Assembly: GCA_045540815.1 (NCBI GenBank)
Contig: JAZQHY010000040.1
Location: forward strand, 8,539 to 72,538
DNA: 64,000 bases
Source of the DNA: Clostridia bacterium
Lineage (GTDB): Bacteria > Bacillota > Clostridia > UMGS1810
Direction of reading: 5' to 3'
A program made the position numbers and the translations under genes. Within the stretch, counting starts at the first letter, position 1. The number at the start of each line of letters is the position of its first letter. Positions 38,114 to 45,401 of this stretch are shown here, in pieces. The notes under the pieces are model-generated. The model was not told the DNA's origin. It worked only from the letters and a program-made list of their open reading frames with translations, and searched no databases.

Positions 38114-38142
38114 TTGACAAGCAATATTACGTGTGGTATTAT
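38114..38142 (+). promoter_or_regulatory. Extended -10 sigmaA promoter of the aro leader
   Basis: TTGACA (38114-38119), 17 nt, TGgTATTAT (38134-38142). Confidence 0.65.
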
Positions 38143-38174
38143 ATTTTTAATAAATTTATGAGGATTGTTTAACT

Positions 38175-38243
38175 ATGAAAAGATTAAGCTTTGCAGCTGA
38201 ATACTTTTATTACTTTTACTTTAGCAAAACAAAAATAAAGTAA
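38175..38243 (+). CDS. Tyr/Phe-rich leader peptide (22 aa) of the aroF-tyrA operon
   Basis: MKRLSFAAEYFYYFYFSKTKIK. GAGGA RBS 10 nt upstream. 7 aromatic codons in 8 consecutive positions. Confidence 0.6.
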   Translation: MKRLSFAAEYFYYFYFSKTKIK

Positions 38244-38308
38244 GAGTGATTTCTGATGCTGCAAATCGAATGTAGTCCTTGTATAAATAATAATACTTCG
38301 ATTAATAA

Positions 38309-38350
38309 GGTTCTATCACAGTGAGAAATCACAGTGGAAGAACCTTTTTT
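38309..38350 (+). terminator. Attenuator terminator upstream of aroF
   Basis: GGTTCTATCACAGTGA-GAAA-TCACAGTGGAAGAACC (13/16 bp) followed by TTTTTT. An alternative 9-bp pairing exists between GTGATTTCT (38246-38254) and AGAAATCAC inside the terminator. Confidence 0.7.
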
Positions 38351-38378
38351 AATTCGAAAAATTTGGGAGGAAATAAAA

Positions 38379-39380
38379 ATGATAGTAATTTTAAAAGACA
38401 AAACACCAAAACAGCAGATTGACAAGCTAGTTGGCTGGGTCGAAGAACAGGGCGTTGGAGCGCATCTTTTTGAGGGACATTTCCAGACAGTTATAGGACT
38501 TATCGGCGATACATCAAAAATTGATACCGACATCATTAGAACTCTTGATTGCGTAAGTGATGTTAAGCACATTTCGGAGCCGTTTAAGAGCGCAAACAGA
38601 AAGTTCCACCCCGACGATACAGTAGTTGATATCAGCGGAGTAAAACTTGGCGGCGGGAATTTCCAGATTATAGCAGGTCCTTGTTCTATTGAATCGGAAT
38701 CACAGCTTATTGAAACTGCAAACGGCGTTAAAGCTGCAGGAGCAAAGCTTCTTCGCGGCGGTGCGTTCAAACCAAGAACTTCTCCTTACGCGTTTCAGGG
38801 TATGAGAGCTGAAGGTCTTGAGCTTCTTAAAAAAGCAAAGAAGGAAACTGGTCTTCCTATAGTAACAGAGATTATGGATATATCTCATCTTGAACTTTTT
38901 GACGATGTAGATGTTATACAGGTTGGCGCTAGAAATATGCAAAATTTTGAGCTTTTAAAAGAGCTTGGTAAAACAAGAAAACCAATCCTTTTAAAAAGAG
39001 GCCTTTCAAGTACTATTCAGGAACTGCTAATGAGTGCTGAATACATTATGGCTAGCGGCAATGAAAATGTCATCCTATGCGAAAGAGGTATCAGAACATT
39101 TGAAACTACAACCAGAAACACCCTTGATATCTCGGCTGTATCGGTTATCAAAGAACTAAGCCACTTACCTGTAATAATTGACCCATCTCATGCTTGCGGT
39201 ATTGCTAAGCTTGTTAAGCCTATGGCTATGGCAGCTGCGGCAGCAGGCGCAGACGGTCTTATGATAGAAGTTCACAACAACCCCGCAAAAGCACTTTGTG
39301 ATGGCCCACAGTCACTTACTCCTGACCAGTTTGCAGATGTTGTTAAGAGTGTAAACAAGGTTTTGGAGGCGTGCAAATAA
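38379..39380 (+). CDS. aroF: 3-deoxy-7-phosphoheptulonate (DAHP) synthase, type I-beta with N-terminal regulatory domain
   Basis: IAGPCSIES, LRGGAFKPRTSPY, PVIIDPSH. The ATG at 38379 follows GGGAGG. The ORF-track start at 38334 lies inside the terminator. Confidence 0.88.
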   Translation: MIVILKDKTPKQQIDKLVGWVEEQGVGAHLFEGHFQTVIGLIGDTSKIDTDIIRTLDCVSDVKHISEPFKSANRKFHPDDTVVDISGVKLGGGNFQIIAGPCSIESESQLIETANGVKAAGAKLLRGGAFKPRTSPYAFQGMRAEGLELLKKAKKETGLPIVTEIMDISHLELFDDVDVIQVGARNMQNFELLKELGKTRKPILLKRGLSSTIQELLMSAEYIMASGNENVILCERGIRTFETTTRNTLDISAVSVIKELSHLPVIIDPSHACGIAKLVKPMAMAAAAAGADGLMIEVHNNPAKALCDGPQSLTPDQFADVVKSVNKVLEACK

Positions 39381-40216
39381 TGAACGTAGGTATTGTAGGT
39401 CTTGGACTTATAGGTGGTTCGCTGGCAAAAGCGTTTAAAAGGCATACAAATCATACCATACTTGGTATGGACGTTGCTCATGCGCCCGTTGCTGCGGCAA
39501 AGCTTTTGGACGCTATAGACGATGAACTAACTGCAGACAGACTTTGTGAGTGCGATATAATTATTATGGCGACATATCCGCGTGCAACAGTAGAATTTTT
39601 GGAAAATAATGCTTCAAAAATAAAAAAAGGTGCAAAGGTTATTGATTGTGGCGGTGTAAAGAGAGTGGTTTGCGAAAAATGCTTTGATATTGCAGCAAAA
39701 AACGAATTTACGTTTATTGGCGGACACCCTATGGCAGGCACGCAGTTTACAGGTTTTAAATACTCTATTGAGGATATGTTTGACGACGCGTCGATAATTC
39801 TCGTTCCTGAACGCACAGACGATATAAGCCTTTTATCTGAGATAAAGAATATATTTACAGACATTGGCTTTGCATCGGTAACCATTTCAAAAGCTGACGA
39901 ACACGACGAGATTATCGCATTTACATCACAGCTTGCTCACGTGGTGTCAAATGCATACGTGAAAAGTCCAACTGCAAAGCGCCATAAAACCTTTTCTGCA
40001 GGCAGCTACAAGGATTTAACCCGTGTGGCAAAGCTTAACGAAACAATGTGGTCGGAGCTTTTTATAGATAACGGCGACAATTTATCGCACGAGATAGAAT
40101 CGCTTATAACCGAGCTTTCTAAATATAACGAAGCGATAAAAAACAAAGATTTTGATGCGTTGAAGGAACTTCTAAAGCAAGGCAGAGAGCTTAAAGAACA
40201 AATAGATGGTGTATGA
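39380..40216 (+). CDS. tyrA: Prephenate dehydrogenase
   Basis: MNVGIVGLGLIGGSLA Rossmann fold and GGHPMAG. The start overlaps the aroF stop (TAATG). Confidence 0.85.
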   Translation: MNVGIVGLGLIGGSLAKAFKRHTNHTILGMDVAHAPVAAAKLLDAIDDELTADRLCECDIIIMATYPRATVEFLENNASKIKKGAKVIDCGGVKRVVCEKCFDIAAKNEFTFIGGHPMAGTQFTGFKYSIEDMFDDASIILVPERTDDISLLSEIKNIFTDIGFASVTISKADEHDEIIAFTSQLAHVVSNAYVKSPTAKRHKTFSAGSYKDLTRVAKLNETMWSELFIDNGDNLSHEIESLITELSKYNEAIKNKDFDALKELLKQGRELKEQIDGV

Positions 40217-40220
40217 TATA

Positions 40221-40345
40221 AAGGGATAGCGATAGGGCGCGTTTTCTTAGGGATGAAATGTCCAAAATGCATTGTTTTGGTGCATTACATTGTCAAAACC
40301 AATTAATCCCTAAGAGAACGAGCCCTAGGCTATCCCTTTTTTGCT
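40221..40345 (+). terminator. Unusually long compound hairpin plus T-tract after tyrA
   Basis: AAGGGATAGC/GCTATCCCTT, TAGGGC/GCCCTA and GTTTTCTTAGGGA/TCCCTAAGAGAAC give about 29 bp. They enclose a 53-nt apical region. The hairpin is followed by TTTTTT. Confidence 0.6.
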
Positions 40346-40347
40346 TA

Positions 40348-40376
40348 TTGACAAAAAAGCCTAGTAATAATAAAAT
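40348..40376 (+). promoter_or_regulatory. Promoter of the pqqD-like operon
   Basis: TTGACA (40348-40353), 17 nt, TAAAAT (40371-40376). Confidence 0.55.
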
Positions 40377-40410
40377 AGAAATAGTAGTATTAATTTGGAG
40401 GTAATACATT

Positions 40411-40674
40411 ATGAAGATAAAATCAGGCTTTATTCTAAAAGACGTTGCAGGTAGCAACCTTATAGTGCCAATAGGCGAGAACTTGGTTGATTTCAGCCAG
40501 ATGATAACTATAAACGAAACAGGAGCATTTCTTTTTAATAAATTAATTGACGGTGCAGAGCTTGATGAACTTGCTAATGCTTTGACAGAGGAGTACGATG
40601 TGGATTTTGACAGCGCAAAATCTGATGCCGAAAAATTTGTTAAGCTTCTTGCTGACGAAGGAATGTTAGAATAA
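40411..40674 (+). CDS. PqqD-family protein (RiPP recognition element-like)
   Basis: 87 aa with the pattern ...LIVPIGE..MITINETGAFLFNKL..ELDELANALTEEYDVD...DAEKFVKLLADEGML, typical of PqqD/RRE domains. Confidence 0.75.
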   Translation: MKIKSGFILKDVAGSNLIVPIGENLVDFSQMITINETGAFLFNKLIDGAELDELANALTEEYDVDFDSAKSDAEKFVKLLADEGMLE

Positions 40675-41153
40675 TGATAGAATTTGAAAAGATAAAATAT
40701 GCCCAGATGAAATCAATAGTTCCGCTTATACAAAGCGTAATTTCAGACGGACGGGAGGCTAAAATACGCGTTACAGGAAACAGTATGTACCCGACTCTTA
40801 TTGACAGGCGGGATACTGTTCGTCTTTGTACTATTGATAGGATTAAAGTCGGCGATGTCATACTATACCTCCGTGAAAACGGTGATTACGTTCTTCATCG
40901 CGTTATCGGGAAAAAAGGAGATAACCTAGCTTTTGCTGGCGACAATGAACTCATTCGTGAATATCCTGTAAGCACATCGCAGTGCATAGCGAAAATGACC
41001 GGTTTTATAAGAAACGGTAAAGAATATGATTGCAAAACAAACATCAAATATAGATTTATGGTTTTTTTGTGGACTCGTCTGTTTTGTATGAGAGGTATTT
41101 TGGCAAAGGTATTTGGAGTATATATTTTAATAAGAAGGAGATTTAAAAAGTGA
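40674..41153 (+). CDS. S24/S26-family serine peptidase, SipW/ER-type-like (Ser-His)
   Basis: GNSMYPTL box and HRVIGKKGD box, with His where bacterial SPase I has Lys. No N-terminal TM segment and a hydrophobic C-terminal tail. The start overlaps the pqqD stop. Confidence 0.65.
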   Translation: MIEFEKIKYAQMKSIVPLIQSVISDGREAKIRVTGNSMYPTLIDRRDTVRLCTIDRIKVGDVILYLRENGDYVLHRVIGKKGDNLAFAGDNELIREYPVSTSQCIAKMTGFIRNGKEYDCKTNIKYRFMVFLWTRLFCMRGILAKVFGVYILIRRRFKK

Positions 41154-42823
41154 GTGGTAAAAACGGTGCATTAAGCTGGATAATCAAACATTCCAAACGA
41201 TATATTCCACACCTGTGTGTACTTACAAATTTAGGAATATTTATATCTGCTTTAGCGGTTGCGTTTTCCCTTGTTTCTAAAAACGTAGTTGATATAGCAG
41301 CTGGTCAAATACCCGGAAATCTTATTGTCGCAGCGCTTGGACTTGGATTTCTTATAATCAGCCAATTAGTTGTACATATCCTTTACTCGCTTATTGATGT
41401 TAGATTTTTAGGAAGGCTTAGAATTACCCTTAGAAATGAATTGTTTTCTTCGATATTAAGCAAAAAGTGGATAGAAATCACCAAATATCACACTGGTGAA
41501 CTGCAGAATAGATTGTACAGCGATATAGGAGTTGTTGTGTCAGGTGTAGTTGACATAATCCCTAATGCGGTGTCTTTTATAGCTCGAATTGTACTTAGCT
41601 TCTGCGCGCTTTATATGATGGATTCTTTTTTTGCCGTGCTTTGCTTGTTGGTAGGCCCTGTTATACTTGTGCTAACACGCGTTTACAGCAAATATATGAA
41701 AAGATGGCATAAGAGATGCCTTGAAAGCGAAGGTAAAGTTCGCTCGTTCTTGCAGGAGTGTTTACAAAATCTTATAGTAATTAAGTCGTTTGGAAACGAA
41801 AATAAGATTGTAGATAATGCTACAAAGCTTCAAAACGATGCTTACAATCTTGAAATAAAGAGAAATAACATAAGTATATCTGCTTCTGTTATGTTCTCGC
41901 TTGTTATGACTGTCGCATACTATTTTACGCTTGGCTGGTGTGCATATAAACTTTCTATGGGCGTGATGTCTTTCGGTACACTTATTGCAATGCTTCAGCT
42001 TGTGGGTCAGGTTCAGTCGCCATTTAAGGAGCTTTCGTCCATTTTGCCTAAATATTATTCTATGATAGCCTCGGCGGAGCGAATTTTGGAAATTGAGCAA
42101 ATGAACGATGATAAATGTGAAAACGACCAAAATGCATATGATTTGTATAATAATATGGAGAAAATTGTCGTTGAAAATCTTTCGTTTTCGTATGATAATG
42201 AAAAAGTTCTTGATGATACAGGCTTTGAGATAGAAAAAGGTGAGTTTGTAGCGATTTGCGGCCGTTCGGGAATAGGTAAAAGCACTATCCTTAAACTACT
42301 CTTGAGTATTATATACCCTGACGCAGGACGTATATATATGAAGCTTTCCGACGGAATTAGCGTTCCAATATCGAAGGACACCAGAAGCTTATTTGCATAT
42401 GTGCCACAGGGAAATATGATACTTTCTGGTACTATACGTGAGAACATAGCTTTTTCAAACAAAACCGCATCTGACGAGGATATCAAAAGATGCGCGCAGG
42501 CAGCAGATATGTGGGAGTATATAGAATCTCTTCCTGACGGACTTGATACTATGCTTGGTGAAAAAGGTTTGGGTTTGTCGGAGGGTCAAATTCAAAGGCT
42601 TGCAATAGCCAGAGCGCTTTTATATGATGCGCCCATACTTCTTTTGGACGAGGCTACCTCGGCACTTGACGACGCTACAGAAAAGCGGGTTATTGGCAAT
42701 ATAAGAGAGATGAACAAAAAAACTTGTATATTTGTTTCTCATAAAAAAGCCGCTGTCGAAATGTGTGATAAAAGTGTAGTGATAAACAATGGGAATTTTG
42801 AAATTTTGCACAAAAACAAATAA
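41150..42823 (+). CDS. ABC exporter, fused permease-ATPase (no C39 peptidase domain)
   Basis: N-terminal 6-TM domain, GRSGIGKST, LSEGQIQRLAIARAL, LLLDEATSALD. GTG start overlaps the previous stop. Confidence 0.88.
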   Translation: MSGKNGALSWIIKHSKRYIPHLCVLTNLGIFISALAVAFSLVSKNVVDIAAGQIPGNLIVAALGLGFLIISQLVVHILYSLIDVRFLGRLRITLRNELFSSILSKKWIEITKYHTGELQNRLYSDIGVVVSGVVDIIPNAVSFIARIVLSFCALYMMDSFFAVLCLLVGPVILVLTRVYSKYMKRWHKRCLESEGKVRSFLQECLQNLIVIKSFGNENKIVDNATKLQNDAYNLEIKRNNISISASVMFSLVMTVAYYFTLGWCAYKLSMGVMSFGTLIAMLQLVGQVQSPFKELSSILPKYYSMIASAERILEIEQMNDDKCENDQNAYDLYNNMEKIVVENLSFSYDNEKVLDDTGFEIEKGEFVAICGRSGIGKSTILKLLLSIIYPDAGRIYMKLSDGISVPISKDTRSLFAYVPQGNMILSGTIRENIAFSNKTASDEDIKRCAQAADMWEYIESLPDGLDTMLGEKGLGLSEGQIQRLAIARALLYDAPILLLDEATSALDDATEKRVIGNIREMNKKTCIFVSHKKAAVEMCDKSVVINNGNFEILHKNK

Positions 42824-42880
42824 TTCAACTGTACACATTGCACAAAAACGAAAAAACTCCGAAAAAAATAGACTTAAGCA

Positions 42881-42909
42881 TTGACAACCAGAATTTATTT
42901 TAGTATAAT
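42881..42909 (+). promoter_or_regulatory. Perfect consensus sigmaA promoter
   Basis: TTGACA (42881-42886), 17 nt, TATAAT (42904-42909). Confidence 0.7.
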
Positions 42910-42953
42910 TTACCTAAGAAATAATAATCTGATGAGAGGGGATTTATTTTATT

Positions 42954-44027
42954 ATGAGAACAAAGAAAATGCTTTTTAAAGCAGCAGTATGTCTAATGGC
43001 TGTTGTAATAATGATGTTTTCTACAGTTTCAGCTCTAGCTGCTGCAGATTACTACACAACTACAACATACAATTTGTCTACTGGTGAAGTAACTGTTAAA
43101 ACTACTGTAACTAATGTTGCAGCAAACGACGAAATTGCTTACATAGCATACACAGGTGGAAATCCTGAAGATGATGATGCTATCTTCTACATCGACCAGA
43201 TAACTGCAGAAGAAGGCAATAATGTAATTGAATACACTGCACCTGCAGAGAAAATTGCTGATGACACTCATGTTATGCTAGTTGGTACTACAGCTGGTAA
43301 GCTTTCTGAGGATCAGACTGATGCTATTAAATTTGGTACAGACTATACTCTTACTGTTGTTGCAACAAACGGTAAAGTTGCTTTAGCAGATGCTGCTGAT
43401 GCTGCAAACAAAACTGAAGTTGACAATAAGACTGCAGAAATTAAAGTTGGTAATGGTAACGAAATCATATATCAGTTAACAGCTGCAGAAGGTTTCGACG
43501 ATACAAACCCTGTTGTTACTTTAGTTGATGGTCAGGGCGCAGCAATCGCTCACGAAAACAAAACTTTTAAAGTGACTGGCGATGCTACTCTTACTGTAAC
43601 ATTCAGCAAAACTGAAACAAAGACTGAAGCAGTTGAAGAAGAAGAAGTAAATGATGCTGAAAAAGAACTAGTAGATGTTACAACAAATACAAATGTTAAT
43701 ACAGGTGAAGTTGTTGAAACAAAAGCTATCACTAAATTTGGTACTATGACTATTGGTGATACAGCATGTGCTGCATATGGTATTGAACTAAGTGACACAG
43801 CTGACTTTGCTAATAAAGAAGTGTTCAATGGTCTTGGTACTTGGGCTGACCTAACAGATAAAAATGGTAGATTCGCTATCGTAATCGAAGGTACTCCAGA
43901 AGAATTTGAAAATGTAACCTATTATATAAGAACATTTGTTACAGTTGGTGACAATACAACATACGGTAAAGTTTTTGAGTATGTAAATGGTGTTGGTGAA
44001 ATATACACAGCTCCGGCTGCTAACTAA
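42954..44027 (+). CDS. Secreted Thr/Val/Asp-rich protein of unknown function
   Basis: Sec-type signal peptide (MRTKKMLFKAAVCLMAVVIMMFSTVSALAAAD). 357 aa. Codon choice differs from its neighbours. No family recognised. Confidence 0.6.
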   Translation: MRTKKMLFKAAVCLMAVVIMMFSTVSALAAADYYTTTTYNLSTGEVTVKTTVTNVAANDEIAYIAYTGGNPEDDDAIFYIDQITAEEGNNVIEYTAPAEKIADDTHVMLVGTTAGKLSEDQTDAIKFGTDYTLTVVATNGKVALADAADAANKTEVDNKTAEIKVGNGNEIIYQLTAAEGFDDTNPVVTLVDGQGAAIAHENKTFKVTGDATLTVTFSKTETKTEAVEEEEVNDAEKELVDVTTNTNVNTGEVVETKAITKFGTMTIGDTACAAYGIELSDTADFANKEVFNGLGTWADLTDKNGRFAIVIEGTPEEFENVTYYIRTFVTVGDNTTYGKVFEYVNGVGEIYTAPAAN

Positions 44028-44069
44028 TAGTAATTATTTTATAGATAATATAATAGGAGGATGATTTCG

Positions 44070-44273
44070 ATGAAAAAATTATATGAAGTTCCAGCAATGG
44101 AAATCGTTAGATTAGATGCTTCTGAAAATATAGCTAAGTTACCTTCTGCAGGTACTGGCGAAGGTTCTACATCAACAAGCACTACTGGTTCAGCAGTAAC
44201 AACTACTGTTAGAACAAAAAGCTTAATGGCTGAAATACTTGGTGCTGCATCATCTAACAACGTAGATGCTTAA
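44070..44273 (+). CDS. 67-aa Ser/Thr-rich small peptide without a signal sequence (candidate precursor peptide)
   Basis: MKKLYEVPAMEIVRLDASENIAKLPSAGTGEGSTSTSTTGSAVTTTVRTKSLMAEILGAASSNNVDA. AGGAGG lies 9 nt upstream. A terminator follows. Confidence 0.55.
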   Translation: MKKLYEVPAMEIVRLDASENIAKLPSAGTGEGSTSTSTTGSAVTTTVRTKSLMAEILGAASSNNVDA

Positions 44274-44292
44274 TCATTAATTAAGATATTTA

Positions 44293-44330
44293 AAGGTTGA
44301 TACATATTTGTATCAACCTTTTTTATTTTT
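44293..44330 (+). terminator. Intrinsic terminator after the small peptide gene
   Basis: AAGGTTGATA/TATCAACCTT stem followed by a T-run. Confidence 0.85.
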
Positions 44331-44496
44331 AATATTTAAGGCGAGTAAATAAAGTAGCTGTGGAAGACACAGATAAAGTATTGCCAGTTTTACTGCATTT
44401 GGAAAATATTATTTTGATAAAATCAACAAAAACTATGGATTTTTATTTTTGTTGTGGTATAATAGAAATATATATTATTTGAATAACGAGGAAAGT

Positions 44497-45360
44497 ATGG
44501 GATATTATAAAATCGCAGATATAGTATTTGAAATTAAAAATATAAATTACAATTTTTTTCATAAACGAATGAAAGCATATAAGCTTTGTGATACTCCGAC
44601 TAATGTTGATGTGGTTGTTTCATATGAAGAGCGTGATAATATCGAAGTTACGCATGAAAGGGCAATTGCACTAAAAAACAATCGCTATTGGGTTTATGAA
44701 AATGACGAATACATATTATATGATTATTATGATGAATTTAAAAAAACATATAGCTATATAAAGGCAAATGGTAATTGGAGCGTAGTTGAATGTGTTATAA
44801 GTGACGCGACAAATGAATTTGATGTTCCAAATGATGTAAGGAGCTTTAACATACTTTCGTTGGTTATGCAAAATGTAATACTATTTCGTAATGGTATAGT
44901 GCTTCACTCCTCTGCCATAGCATATAAGAATCAAGGCATAGCTTTTTTTGCCCCGTCAGGAACGGGAAAATCAACACATACACGACTTTGGAAAACATAT
45001 TACGATGATGTTGAAATAATAAATGACGATTCTCCCGCTGTAAGGATTATAGATGGGAAATATCTTATGTATGGCACTCCGTGGAGTGGCAAAACGGATA
45101 TAAATATAAATAAAAGTGTTGAGCTTAGCGCAATAGTATTTTTAAGGCAAGCGCACGAAAACTCCATAAGAAAAGTAAACAACACAATAGAGGCATTACA
45201 GGTTATACTACCCGAGATATATAAGCCAGCATTTGAAGATATGGCGGATTTAAATATGAATATGCTTGATAAGCTTATAAAAAATATTCCAATGTATGTA
45301 ATGTACTGCAATATTTCAAGAGAAGCTGTAGATACAGTAAAAAATGAAATTATAAAATAA
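44497..45360 (+). CDS. HPr kinase/phosphorylase C-terminal-domain-like P-loop protein (HprK-related kinase)
   Basis: LHSSAIAYKNQGIAFFAPSGTGKSTHTRLW resembles the HprK catalytic core. The ATG at 44497 follows GAGGAAAG. Very AT-rich. Confidence 0.55.
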   Translation: MGYYKIADIVFEIKNINYNFFHKRMKAYKLCDTPTNVDVVVSYEERDNIEVTHERAIALKNNRYWVYENDEYILYDYYDEFKKTYSYIKANGNWSVVECVISDATNEFDVPNDVRSFNILSLVMQNVILFRNGIVLHSSAIAYKNQGIAFFAPSGTGKSTHTRLWKTYYDDVEIINDDSPAVRIIDGKYLMYGTPWSGKTDININKSVELSAIVFLRQAHENSIRKVNNTIEALQVILPEIYKPAFEDMADLNMNMLDKLIKNIPMYVMYCNISREAVDTVKNEIIK

Positions 45361-45401
45361 TATAAAAATTAATAATATAAATTTGAAGGGGGAACCTACG
45401 A

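Noticed and set aside
40253-40306. 17-codon ORF MKCPKCIVLVHYIVKTN considered as a real gene.
   Set aside because: It has a weak RBS and lies in the apical loop of a large hairpin, so it may be fortuitous. It is mentioned only within the hairpin finding.
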